64,000 nt of DNA from positions 1-64,000 of the IMG/VR virus record IMGVR_UViG_3300017958_000005. One strand, written 5' to 3'. The notes below the pieces were generated by a model. The model worked only from the letters and a program-made list of their open reading frames with translations, made no database searches and was not told where the DNA came from. Below are positions 48,501 to 58,100 of the stretch, one piece after another. The first letter of the stretch is position 1; every line of letters starts with the position of its first letter. The translations under genes were made by a program, and so were the position numbers. The DNA is from an uncultured virus (IMG/VR IMGVR_UViG_3300017958_000005). Lineage: Duplodnaviria; Heunggongvirae; Uroviricota; Caudoviricetes.

Positions 48501-49531
48501 CTGCCGACCTCACCTTGCCAGAACACCGTGATGAGTTGCGCACGCTCCTGCTCGAGAACGAAAACATCACCAAATGGCTTGGCCTCATTCAGGAACGAAC
48601 CCCCATCATCAAGGAGGGGATCGGCAACTGGATGAATGATGTTTACGCCCTTAACCCACCCCCCGCAGACTGGGACGTCAATGAAATATGGCGAGAGTCC
48701 GGAGGCTTGGTCGGAGCGCGACTTACCGAAGCGCTCATTAGAAGCAGAGGTTATGACGCGCCAGCAATGACTGTAAATGAAGCAGAAATGGATCTTCTTC
48801 TAGCCACCCGTGGACTTATGCCGATCTCACGTGGTGCTACCAACAACATGCAACGCGCAACCCTTGATTCGTCAGAAGAATTCCTCACCGGAGGCGGCAT
48901 TGACGGTGCTGGGCTCTATTTCGCTATCGAAGGAACAAGCCCCACCCGACTGGGTGGCGGACATCACGAGGCCGACGGCTACATCGAAGGCGTATCAGAT
49001 GCTTCTGTTATCCGTGGCGCGCTAAACCCCGGCGCGAAAGTAATGCAAATTTCTGCTGCAACACGAATGGCTGAAGAATACCGGTTGGAAACTCTAGGTG
49101 AGGATGTTGGTGCAGGAGGGGAAGCGAACCCTCTGATCGCCCTGAGGCGCAGCCTCGTGAACGACCCATCTCAGGCCGATTTGTTGGAAGCGTTAGATTC
49201 GGCGATTGTTGATTCAACCGACCCAGCAAAGTTTGACGGAGGATCAGTTAACGGACGGACAGTAATTCCGTTGCTCTTGGGCTATGACGCTACAATTTCC
49301 GAGACACGAGATGATAACCGCGTTGTCATTCTGAACCGCTCGGCAGCAATCCTGCAAGACACAACGTATACGGGTCAAGAGTGGGCTGAGGCAAAACCAT
49401 GGGATCGCCTCTTGGAACGCGCCAAAGTGCTTGGTGCCGACATGGACATTCCTATCGGCCTCTCACCGGAAGAAAGAACACAGTGGGTTCTTGAGAAGTT
49501 GGAAACAGAATTTGGAGCGATCAGTGGATAG
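42503..49531 (+). CDS. Giant multidomain (polyvalent) head-region protein, 2342 aa
   Basis: ORF track; HELGH zincin motif, degenerate VIP2-like ART segment, DUF3626-like segment and C-terminal ART-like domain. Confidence 0.8.
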   Translation: MANIRAERVILSDRVNTYRRDYETIGALFRIKSAVLASQESLDPNISVKALNQDLPKKDKKDSEKRTSGTGVEEQLPELRYAPNGKRGRGDVLKLHVTPRDLTTGNEPNFGWIPAPEKKSEEETRKQMRELLDWKKRRPKVRVRSFRADPRTGQRVEDSGVDVEVKGLGRKLNQIVPGGNLSSRAAGAVGVLTDANGKFRCPPGTPAANQFTDEFGTNCFKPALSSRRLIGAMRRWFDKYVELGEQIQLLESMGIYGVGPDDLTPQYRQNIRNMVRAAGSVAPKERVQEVQSRMDTAIDALQTRLGTTRDTTDNADMWTALATLAADEWQDLDFSGIFSGPEGWGSWNKNMLADPKGRTPQAAADHTADVRSQYISMFDNWVSDGPMRQRYRDGDPEARALIDEMVTRHLAAERGFLKAILQEYQESPEIMRQVKTLGRTQIRDGEAFDDYWRVDGECSPAGFHPRDGFALNIDFNAAAVALKPAIQNGLANYTSDGRILLFDIDPNDVSRSFTSEAEQWAEIGNLMQNTVDLERWRNVYAQDLSTARHGSIEAKGVHIAKHELGHARQYQFIKNAVLDTHAKTGSTYLVNSTSGQIERLDVSPDQWTNQQWVDVVTSQVQRLIPEKYLADGFPPTSLETFEGTMLHIMAGRYYQDEVQNFFNLNDDAKRGQSALMMLEGMTELRALRDMGVLMDPELDRLVSWMDDVDPRTPERPDPQGVIWPPPTSSAMQVFQPDPNGTWDTISRTPIEDPNPFIPDLGGKQEHIDAINSRISSLNRSLPDAERDLFDPRSEVVEIQNGNDVVEQLRSGKTALDIENLTVKKQQIIDREVLAEDIAATGEIDDVGDLEVGDAIRFKGFKTLDRRMDADQEQDLSADEGKRKVNFVLPKGTKGIEKQNPANNEPDQVEIPGGEYEVRSVNPDGTVTLVPRSQDDADTVARRLIDSLDGSSDIDDVRDAVRTVQKRAQKYVQKKEKIRRATRSSDPATAQRMERRNAAIVEEIRQRGANPFRVTDRDIERIWGSVRPGERPPFTRAQAEEAYGRALETIEDLRGRPTTGRFGRALEATDEVREFLETARQSEIGARIERAVMEYHNGFDSRPRYRTDMDGLQSIIDTGDSRGLIPPRGSQWDPFLDAEDAMQGFTPDDGIRPLFGNLLHADDDSAIQRYLDNIKGYAAIRDSEFFDRVTESPLGKVLTGDVELVLRADVARRTGYGIGDARGQIAFGVMIHDDDPTRVRQALLTRRFGGPIDDTATTGAALDFLHADLTGDYSGIRTPMDTLSLDAGLSVDVRDRTIRGRVDADAFIAGGFNGEELENVRIGSASLNYKRQFLAPAEVGANNSELRKRLGLAGLSQTEVDTVFEFAQSGRLDLESADLLRMNKAAREQADRFARVGISTTFTNDKGINVLDGASVSVETPGIGRIEASKRADDILRVRLEGEIAERAEDIAKQIRSGVGLRSATSSPRRDAPINVVDPFSDDPFGGVVDRARTVVTDRIRDEVSERATALATEKIGRLGAKLSRRQVQNRGIQRVGMNVLQSDRAENLLRRAGLETDDIENIRFVGELAAAFGTSGPAGVGLVLARRGSREGIDFGVRKAREQGWITDSQANAILRAADTVAPEGLPDAVTNAIGEQAQRAINSDAADRAREIASAAAERVRELDLGDRVGDIFDRGRTADTPALPSTPNDPFSANDPFAPISGGGLRSQTGRSILAQSKPIFDIESDDDINKLADELRTLTQPDSRNPNNHVSIVAEELRDIIGDIETPDLLTGEPRKYAEDITDSIPSYIANRVREQLGDMPLSDEQKQRVGELLAASEQMRELDAFRFDIMQRRTPDQVTDTNDPFGGPPPRRPSAPPPRRPTANDPFSDGPEEVPETPPQYTAAQARERLDEILADSTIFTTEFNQRQATITERENRRSEVETRRQELESVINELARYEMVTADRLTEEIDRTAPVGKATTTQAAKIDPRQHAPQQGIVRDPKEVQRIAEQTVAPAADLTLPEHRDELRTLLLENENITKWLGLIQERTPIIKEGIGNWMNDVYALNPPPADWDVNEIWRESGGLVGARLTEALIRSRGYDAPAMTVNEAEMDLLLATRGLMPISRGATNNMQRATLDSSEEFLTGGGIDGAGLYFAIEGTSPTRLGGGHHEADGYIEGVSDASVIRGALNPGAKVMQISAATRMAEEYRLETLGEDVGAGGEANPLIALRRSLVNDPSQADLLEALDSAIVDSTDPAKFDGGSVNGRTVIPLLLGYDATISETRDDNRVVILNRSAAILQDTTYTGQEWAEAKPWDRLLERAKVLGADMDIPIGLSPEERTQWVLEKLETEFGAISG

Positions 49532-49748
49532 CAAACGAGTCACCACCGGAGATGACGGCATCCGTTTTCAGCCTAGCCAGACGTACTTGAAGTACATGGA
49601 AACCAGCGCTGTTCGTGAACTGCTTGATAAAGACCCCGACGTTGAACCGTACCTCCAGCAGATCTTTACTGCGCTGCCACAAGTCAGTGAAGTAATCGAT
49701 CTTTACAAAAACACCTACATCATGGCGCTGCGTGAGGTTGAAGAATGA
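49524..49748 (+). CDS. Small protein (74 aa) coupled to the giant gene
   Basis: GTG at 49524 after GGAG; overlaps the stop of the 2342-aa ORF and the start of the next ORF. Confidence 0.65.
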   Translation: MDSKRVTTGDDGIRFQPSQTYLKYMETSAVRELLDKDPDVEPYLQQIFTALPQVSEVIDLYKNTYIMALREVEE

Positions 49749-52234
49749 GAGCAGTACTAATTGGTCAAGTTAGAAAAAACCCGGTCTACTACGACCTAGA
49801 CGGAAAAGAAACTGACGCGTTCGTTGTCGATAAAGAAAACAACGTTGTTCCGGTCAACGTTATCTCCCTCATTGGCAAAGGCCTCATAGAACCCATCAAC
49901 GACTCCGACTTCACTGACTTCTTTTGGAATGGTTCCAAAGAGAGCAGCAAAAGATGGGAAAACATTTTTATCCATCGCGTTCAAGATGTGCCAGACAAAC
50001 TGTTGCGTGGAGTTCAAATGCTTACCACTCCACCAAAAAAGAAGAATCCGGCGCGATCGAAAGCCGTTGAGGAAAAAGCGCTGAGAGCAGATGCCTACAA
50101 AGCGCTTGTTGAGAGCGAGCAGCACGAGAAAGCACTGGGTCGAAGTCTAAATCGATTCGGTGGAAGGGCTACTGCGGGTGTTCGTGGATTCGTTCGTAAT
50201 GCCCGATGGGACCCTGACGCATTGGATGCTGACGGTGATGGTTGGGTTCAGGAAGGAACACAGTTCGCTCGTCGGATAACCGGTGCAAATGTGACGAAAC
50301 CGAATAAGCCTTCTCCACCCGAAGTCAACGTTGAGCACTATCGCGCGCTTAGAAGTCAACAAAGGCGCAATTATCAGAACTATCTAAGCGGATCGATCAG
50401 TGAACGACTTGCAAAACGTAAAGCGCGATTTTACATCGACCGCATGGAGAAAGTTGACCAAATGATCGAAAGCCGTTTCTCTGACGGCAAGCGAATCAAG
50501 ACCGTTGGCGATATGCGTAAAGCGTTTGAACGTGCTCATCCGGGTTTCATTACAGGTGACAGCACTGCCGAATACTTGAATAGCGCAGATCCTGATGAGG
50601 AACTAAAAGACACGGTTAGGGAACATGGCTACATGTTTCTTTTGGCACTTATGTCGAATCCGGACCTAACGAAAGCAAACTGGAAATTCACTAAAGTTGA
50701 TCCATCCGAAGAGTTTTCTGGCGCCGCTGCTTTCAAAGGGCCGAACAAAATCGACAGACTTGGAAAAGCACGAGATTTGCCTCGAAACCGAAAAATGCTT
50801 ATCGAGATCTCCTACAAAGATGAATTTCCCGAAGCGAAATTTAGAGATGCGCAACAAATGGATGCTCGTTTACGTTTGCAACTTGAGAACACCAAGATTA
50901 TTGCGTCCATATTGAGGTCTGATTTGCCAGACGATGAGAAGCAGGAGTTTGTTCGTCGTTTTCATGCTCGCTCAACAGCATTCCACGAAATGACACATGG
51001 AAGCATGTATTTTAAAGCGTTCACAGATTCATTGGCGTTAGTCGGTTTACAGCCTGACGAAAAAACCGACGCCGATGCGATCTTGGATGAGGTGTATACA
51101 GCAATATCAGATTTAGCACCAGAAAAAGCATCCCTTCTTGCCGATCAATTCTGGGCAGAAACTATTGCCATGCCAGTTGCATTAGTCAACCGTGTCTTGA
51201 ATTATCTTATGCTTCGTTCCAGTATGGATCCAAGAGCGAAATCAACCATGCTTGATGCGATCAATGCGGATCTCACGGATGGTCAACCCAATGCCCCTGA
51301 ACCATTGCGTGTCTCAAAGAAACTCTCCGCGTTTCTTAATGACAAGCAAATCCCGAAAAATCTTGCTAAGCCAAACGATCCACAAGATACAACCTTCGAA
51401 GAAGGTGACGCTTTATCAATCAACTCGACTATGAACATACTTGCGCATCTGGTCAACGACTTGGGTTCTGGAAATGGTTACCAGAATAGGCTTCCGTGGG
51501 CTGGACGGAAGGCAGTTAACTTTGGTAAGAGCGAAGATGACATTGCCCTGAATTGGCCGCTCCTCTTGGAACATGGAATTCCAAATACAGACCTTGATTC
51601 AGAAGATGTAAAAACATTGCTTATGGCAAATATTCGCATTGGAGAAGTAATCTCGGAAGTGCTTCAATCAGGTAATCCAGACAGCATCAGGAATTTTGCT
51701 GCTATTGCGGCAAGTAACCAAACACAAATTGCTCCCGCTGTTTGGTTGGGCCTTACTGGGAATATCGCAAATCAAAGCATGCGTGAAGCATACGTTCAAT
51801 CCAGTATTCGAGGGGGAGTATCGCAACTTTGGGAAAGCGTTAAAGCAAGCGGCACGGACCGTGATCGAGGAAGAATCATTGACACCCTCGCCTTACTCTT
51901 GGGCGTATGGGACGACCTGACCCCACAGCAACGCGATCTTGCTAAGAACTATGCCGCAATGTCGGGTGGCGGTCTTTATGCTTCGTACGCTGGATATATC
52001 ACTAACTTCACGCAGTTGGGTCGAGTTTTCGATGGACTCAACTATGAACTGCTCGCCGAACTTGGCCCCTTAGCCCTATTCGGCAATGTGGCAGAAATGG
52101 CGGATGAACAGGCTGGCGGGATTCGCGAACTTGACCCATCTGAACCAACATATGAAGCATTGCAGAAATTGATTTCGTGGCTGTGGCCCGAACTCCCCTT
52201 CGCGTTAAACGGTAAAGAGAAGGCAAAGTCATGA
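49745..52234 (+). CDS. Large head-region protein with HExxH metallopeptidase motif (829 aa)
   Basis: AFHEMTHG; shared tag WDPDALDADGDGWVQEGT. Confidence 0.8.
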   Translation: MRAVLIGQVRKNPVYYDLDGKETDAFVVDKENNVVPVNVISLIGKGLIEPINDSDFTDFFWNGSKESSKRWENIFIHRVQDVPDKLLRGVQMLTTPPKKKNPARSKAVEEKALRADAYKALVESEQHEKALGRSLNRFGGRATAGVRGFVRNARWDPDALDADGDGWVQEGTQFARRITGANVTKPNKPSPPEVNVEHYRALRSQQRRNYQNYLSGSISERLAKRKARFYIDRMEKVDQMIESRFSDGKRIKTVGDMRKAFERAHPGFITGDSTAEYLNSADPDEELKDTVREHGYMFLLALMSNPDLTKANWKFTKVDPSEEFSGAAAFKGPNKIDRLGKARDLPRNRKMLIEISYKDEFPEAKFRDAQQMDARLRLQLENTKIIASILRSDLPDDEKQEFVRRFHARSTAFHEMTHGSMYFKAFTDSLALVGLQPDEKTDADAILDEVYTAISDLAPEKASLLADQFWAETIAMPVALVNRVLNYLMLRSSMDPRAKSTMLDAINADLTDGQPNAPEPLRVSKKLSAFLNDKQIPKNLAKPNDPQDTTFEEGDALSINSTMNILAHLVNDLGSGNGYQNRLPWAGRKAVNFGKSEDDIALNWPLLLEHGIPNTDLDSEDVKTLLMANIRIGEVISEVLQSGNPDSIRNFAAIAASNQTQIAPAVWLGLTGNIANQSMREAYVQSSIRGGVSQLWESVKASGTDRDRGRIIDTLALLLGVWDDLTPQQRDLAKNYAAMSGGGLYASYAGYITNFTQLGRVFDGLNYELLAELGPLALFGNVAEMADEQAGGIRELDPSEPTYEALQKLISWLWPELPFALNGKEKAKS

Positions 52235-52569
52235 ATCAGAAAGAATGGAACAAAAAACTCGAGAAAACTACCGGTTTTCCAATCAGTGAAATGTTCACTG
52301 CGCTATCCAGTGATCAACTGATTGGGAAGATTCGGGAGGCTGAAGATGGAAAGGATCCATTCGCTGACAAAAGAATGGAAAAATTTGAGCAATTTCTTGA
52401 TGTCCATTCAAATAAGCGCGTAAACCCAAACAATCCTTTTAGGGACGATCGAGATCGTGAAATTTGGTCAACGATCGAGTTCCGGACAGTTCTCTTGCCT
52501 CCAAAAGAACGAAATAAGCGGATTCCAACCTATTTCGGACCGAATCGAGTACAACTAGAAGTTTCCTAG
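52231..52569 (+). CDS. Small protein (112 aa)
   Basis: ATGA overlap with the preceding gene. Confidence 0.7.
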   Translation: MNQKEWNKKLEKTTGFPISEMFTALSSDQLIGKIREAEDGKDPFADKRMEKFEQFLDVHSNKRVNPNNPFRDDRDREIWSTIEFRTVLLPPKERNKRIPTYFGPNRVQLEVS

Positions 52570-52602
52570 CATCATCATTATCTATTCTAAACTGGATACA
52601 CC

Positions 52603-53238
52603 ATGGATGAAATCGAAGTCAAAGGCCCACAAGATGTAATCCTCGACCTTCCACAGGAACGAGTCACGGCGATTACTGGCGGCAGGGGACCGCGTCGCGG
52701 CAACCTTGAGAGGTTGTTGCGCTATTGGCGTCCCATCATGAAAAAGCCGGGTGGATTCAGAAGGTGTCGTGTAATTCTTGCGGACCACCCAGAACTTTAC
52801 CCACTCGAACGAATCTGTGCTTGGCTGCACCATGAGACAACCGGTCTTTGGCCCAATGAGGGATGTCACCATCCCGGAATGAAAAACTGTAGAGGAAAAC
52901 TCAAGAAGCGGAACTGGTCTGATGCCGACTGGAGCAAGAGGATGGCTCGACGCTTCAAAAAGAACAAGAAATCTATCTTTGATCATCAAGTTGATGACAT
53001 GTTCTACGGTGATTTTATTGAACGTAAAGAACTTGAAACAGATTTCGACTATAATCAAGTAGTTACCGAAACAGATTTCAAGCATGCGATGTCCGTTTTG
53101 TCAGACTTCATGGACATGGAACCTGATTTCGTCTCGTATATCAGAGATTACGAAAACTGGGAAATCGTCGGAGACGACGAAAACGGCGATGAAATTTCGG
53201 CAACATTCGTGAAAACCGAAGATTGCGGATGTGACTGA
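52603..53238 (+). CDS. Head-associated protein (211 aa)
   Basis: LLRYW...PGGFRRC...ICAWLHHETTGLWP resembles, from memory, a motif in actinophage head-module proteins; N-terminal IEVK/GP site. Confidence 0.7.
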   Translation: MDEIEVKGPQDVILDLPQERVTAITGGRGPRRGNLERLLRYWRPIMKKPGGFRRCRVILADHPELYPLERICAWLHHETTGLWPNEGCHHPGMKNCRGKLKKRNWSDADWSKRMARRFKKNKKSIFDHQVDDMFYGDFIERKELETDFDYNQVVTETDFKHAMSVLSDFMDMEPDFVSYIRDYENWEIVGDDENGDEISATFVKTEDCGCD

Positions 53239-55193
53239 TGGCCACTTCATACATTTACGAAAAAGAAGTTGATTGTGAAGCGTGTCCAAGTGTTCGCGTG
53301 AAAAGAACGATCATCGCCAAACTCGAACAGAAAGAAAACGTTCGTTACCTCCGGCAAACTCGCGCAAATCGTGAAGAACTCGTGCAATTTAAAGCACTTT
53401 CTAAACGAAACGGGAATATTCGCCAGTATGACGTCAAACGAGTTGGCGCAATCGGGTCAAGTAGCCGTCTGGGGCAAGCAGCCCAAGCAATCGGAACCAT
53501 TGCCACCCCCGGAAATATTTCCCCTTACCGCAGCCCAATCAGGTCAGGAATTGCTCGTGCCCTGACTCCCGGCAAACCCGGTGGTATGCGTGGTGTACGT
53601 CGCCGGGGACGAACCTCTAGGTGTCCAGAAGGATTCCAGTACGGTGGTCGTTTTACTGACAATGAATTCTCGACATGTGGGCAACAGTTGTTCGATGTTC
53701 CATCTCCCCTTGGCGCAACAATTCGCGCAATTCGTGAGCAGCAAAGAGCCGCCGCTCGAGGACCAGCCCAACCGCGAACTGCCGCTACGCCAATTGCCTC
53801 ACAAGGAACAGTGAATCGTGACCGTGCCGTTCGTGCGGCACAAATTCCGCGCGTGTCAGCCACCACGAAGAAAACCGATCGCGATAAGAGCACCGCTGAA
53901 GTAATCAAAACGATGGGCAAGCCAGACATCAACGCCACTCGCCTCGTCCGACGTGACGGATATGTTCTCGAGCCAGTCGTGACACCCCGAGTTCTTCGAA
54001 CCATCCCAGACAACCGAGACATGGTTGATGCAACATTTATTCTGACTGCCAAGAATCGCGCAGACCTTGGCGACCAAGAACTTGGGCTTCTTTCAAATAC
54101 AGGCGTAACCAACGTCACGTATGTTTTTCAAGACGGATCTTACGTTCAGATTCGAAAAGTTCGTTCATTGACCCGTGGTGAGCGACGCAAGTTGGGTCGC
54201 ACCGTGAACGCGGCGATGAAAGTTGATAACGAAAGTGACCCTCTTGCACGCCTGAAATACGTTTCAGATGAGACCGGTGATGGCATCGATCTCGTTGAGA
54301 GCCTACGAGGCGGTCGCACGATTCAAAAAATCCTTTCCGGGAAAGGCAAAGTTTCGAGATCGAAAGATTCAGAAACTGTCGATCCGCTTGGAGACGCCGC
54401 AAAAACAGTTCGAGACGGAGGAGACATCTCCTCTATCCGCCCAACAATCCTGCAAGAAGCGATTGGTAAAACGAATCTCTTCAAAAAGACAGGTACTGAC
54501 AAGTACAAGGCTGCCGATGGCAGGGTTTACACACTGCGCACTTCGGGCAAGTCAGGCGAACACATTACGCAAGCCATGTCATCCGCAGTCCAAGACCACC
54601 TCGGACTCAACGGTGTTGATATCGCATTTGTCGGTAAGGGATCATCGAAGCGCAAGTACTTGTCCATGACCCCGGAATCCGAGATCGTCGACGGTGCGCT
54701 TTCCAAAGAGAAGTCATTCAATGACCTCGATGTGGACGACGTGGCAAAACTTTTCGTATCTGACATGGTTATGGATATAGAAAGTCGCGCCAGCAACACG
54801 GTTGCGATCTTCGACAAGGGGGATGAGTCGTCGCTCATTGCGACATTTGCCCAAAGTGAACTCGTGGATCTTTCGGATGCCAAAATTCGTGAACGTACCC
54901 AGAAAAAGATTCGCGACATGAAAGCATTGCAACCCGACAGCATTTACAGTAAATACTATAAGAGTTTGAAGGCTGAACAGCGCCGACAAATGCAAGAAGA
55001 GATCGACAAACTCATTGCGAAAGCACGCGAATTTAACTTCACCAAATTCCGCGACAAACTCTACGCAGATGGAGAACTCTCCTCAGCGGAGAAGACACAC
55101 TTGAACATTATTGCTAAAATTATTAAGACACGTATTGATGTACTTACCGACAGTAGGGAAGTTTTGATGCGTGTTCTCGGAGGTCAGAAGTGA
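53238..55193 (+). CDS. Head-region protein with degenerate HipA/PI3K-like kinase C-terminus (651 aa)
   Basis: RCPEGFQYGGRFTD tag; GRVYTLR...AVQDHLGL...LFVSDMVMDIESRASNT. Confidence 0.7.
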   Translation: MATSYIYEKEVDCEACPSVRVKRTIIAKLEQKENVRYLRQTRANREELVQFKALSKRNGNIRQYDVKRVGAIGSSSRLGQAAQAIGTIATPGNISPYRSPIRSGIARALTPGKPGGMRGVRRRGRTSRCPEGFQYGGRFTDNEFSTCGQQLFDVPSPLGATIRAIREQQRAAARGPAQPRTAATPIASQGTVNRDRAVRAAQIPRVSATTKKTDRDKSTAEVIKTMGKPDINATRLVRRDGYVLEPVVTPRVLRTIPDNRDMVDATFILTAKNRADLGDQELGLLSNTGVTNVTYVFQDGSYVQIRKVRSLTRGERRKLGRTVNAAMKVDNESDPLARLKYVSDETGDGIDLVESLRGGRTIQKILSGKGKVSRSKDSETVDPLGDAAKTVRDGGDISSIRPTILQEAIGKTNLFKKTGTDKYKAADGRVYTLRTSGKSGEHITQAMSSAVQDHLGLNGVDIAFVGKGSSKRKYLSMTPESEIVDGALSKEKSFNDLDVDDVAKLFVSDMVMDIESRASNTVAIFDKGDESSLIATFAQSELVDLSDAKIRERTQKKIRDMKALQPDSIYSKYYKSLKAEQRRQMQEEIDKLIAKAREFNFTKFRDKLYADGELSSAEKTHLNIIAKIIKTRIDVLTDSREVLMRVLGGQK

Positions 55194-58100
55194 AACAGTA
55201 CGCTTTAGTAAAGGACATGGTTAACGGCTCGTCTTACTATGGCGTTGTCATCCGTGAAAATGGGCTTACCGAATGCAAAGGTGTTTCAGGTGTAGGCGAA
55301 AAGTGGGCGGAATCTTACAACAACGCCGAAACTAAGTCCCTTGACGATGGTCTTCCCTATGGTGTGAAAATCGGAGAATTCCATGCGTTGACTCAAAGCG
55401 AGGAAATCCTTGTCGAACACATGCTTGACGGCAACACTGTTCGTTTCCCAGACAGAACTCAACTGAAGCAACTGTCTTTCCACAAAACAGACGCTAATTC
55501 AAGCCTTCCTGCCGTTTCAAACACGCCGCTTTCAGCATTTTTGATGGATGACCTGCAAACCGCAGTTGACTACAAGATTCGCGCTTTCCTCTCCGACTCT
55601 GCGAGAGCGTCAGTGATGCTGAAGTCACGTCTTGAAAGATACGGCATCAGCGACACAACTGTCGGCTTCAAGTCTGCAAGCAATAACAGTTTCCTGAATG
55701 AAGACATGTCCAGTGTGGCTCGTGGACATGGCAATCTTCGACGTGCGCTGTTGGATATCAGAGACGCAAAATCAACCTTCCTAGAAAATCATCCGGGATA
55801 TCAGGTTGGAATCGAGGAAAAAGCAATCGGGCGTAGCCTCGGTCGAGGTGCGCGCATTGGCAGACGTGCGGCTCGCGCCTTCAAGCCATACGACCCGAAC
55901 GCAATCGATGGCGACATGGACGGAATTGTTCAAGAAGGAACACCTTGGGAACGTCCAGCAGTCAGAGTTGGTGGACGTGGCGTTCGCTTAACCCCAACGC
56001 AGCAGCGGGCAAGAAGCGAAATTGCTCCAGATGTCGGGATGCGTAGCCGGACGGGTGATGGAGAAAGCATTCAGGACAGGCTTACAGCGGCGCGTAACAG
56101 TCGACAGCAAAAACTTGCCGATCGCATGCGTGAAATGGGTTTCGACGATGACAATCAAAAAGAAATCAATGACTGGCTGAGAACCTTTAACCCGGAAGAT
56201 TTCGAATATACCGACATTGATGATCTCGAGATTGAAGGTCTGACCTCGCGCCGTGGCTCATCCAGCCCTACCGGCAGCATTTTTGGTCAGCGCCGTTACT
56301 CAAGCGAGGATTGGATCGAAGGCCAACTCGATGAGGGGCCGCTTGCTGGTTCTTTCTTTGAACTTCGAACCGCACGCGATTACACCGAAAGCAACTTTAA
56401 TGATCCGGGTGAAACGCTCGGTGGTAATGATGAGTTGACTGTTTACACGCCTGATGGTGTCGTTCTCAGTTTCGAAAACGAAACATGGGAAGACTCTTTG
56501 GACCTTATCAATGTCCGCGCACCGGGCGGTGATGGCCTTCGGTCAAGAAGTCGACGCGGGGATGACGAGGACTACCCTCGTATCGACCCCGATCTCATCA
56601 ACAGGTTGCGAAATGAACGATTTGTTCCCGAGACAAGTCGTTCTGGTCGTGCACGTCAAAACCGCATCATTAACACCCCGAACGCTGATGGTGGTCCACC
56701 ACGTCGTGCAGTCCGGGAGCGCTCTGGCCGAGTTGTCCCAGAACCACCGGCACGTGATCGGAGCGGACTGCGCAGCAGGACCGGTGACACCGCCAACAGA
56801 AATGCCGAATTGACCGGTGTAGGAACAACCGTCCCCAAAGCCATGAAGGCAAACAGGAAGTTCTTCCAAACACTTGCTGCCAACGGATTCGTTTGGGACG
56901 ACAAGCCTGACACCAGTGGCAGAGTTAGGATTTTCCTACCCGACCGCATGTCCGACTGGACACTTGACCAGCCCGACAGCGTCCGTAATCAGTGGGGCAA
57001 ATTCAAACCAGCCCGCGAAAATCAGGCAGCCGGCTTCATTCACGTACACCCCGGCAAGGACACGCCACAACGTCCTGAAAACATGGCGAAACGTTTCCTG
57101 CGCACCATTTTTGGCGACACCGCATGGGACGACATGGAAGCAAACGCCAAGAAACCCGGCGATAAGCGCGGCACTGGTCGAATCGGAGTAATTCCTTCAA
57201 CTAGCACCGGCGCGACTGGATTGCGTTCCGCAACGTCTCGTGCTCGCACTCGTACTGCCTCAACGGAAAGAGTAGCAACGCCCACCACAACCGGACGAAG
57301 CCTCCGCTCGGGCCAACTGCGCAAACTTGGAAAGCCCGGTGTCGCAAGAGGTGAAAGCGACGGAAAAATCTGGGAACAATTGGATGACAACCAACGCGAT
57401 TTGTTCAAGCAATTTGCACAGGCGCGTGAAGTTCAGTTGATGCGGAATCTCACTCAGGATGCGAGAATGCGAAAGTTCCGCAACAAGATGATAGATGATG
57501 GCGATTTCGACGAAATCGACGAGGACGGCAACGTTGTGCGGAATTACAACAAACCGCTTGCTCGAAACATCATCCCATTGGCGCAACGAGAAATTGACGA
57601 TCTGCTTCGCGATGAAAAAATCACGGAGGAAACCCACGTAAAGTGGCAGAAAACTTTGGACGACATCAAGACGTTGCGCAACATGAAGGAAAGCGACAAC
57701 TACGAAGCGCTGGAGCACCTGCATCCGGCAAGTCGTGCCAAGATCATCAAGGACGCTCGGGGTGAAGATTCAAGCATTCCGGGTGTTCGTGCACTGAAGG
57801 CTGATGGTCCGTCAACGTTCTTCGGTGATCAAGCCCGTACAGCCAGTGGTCGTAGCGCCGGTAAGAATCGGAAACCGAAAAGGAAGCGGCCTTTCGCTGA
57901 CCGCATTATCACACCGAATGTTGAACGACTACAGCGTCGGGCGGCTCGTCGTCAACGAGCACAAGCGATTCGTCGGGGAGGCCTTGTTCGCGGTCAAGAG
58001 GCTGACGTTTCTGCAACGCAAAATGCTCGACGCAAACTGGCTCGTCAACTTCGTCGAGCACGACGCAGATTTAAAGGAGAACGCGACGAAAGAGCGATCC

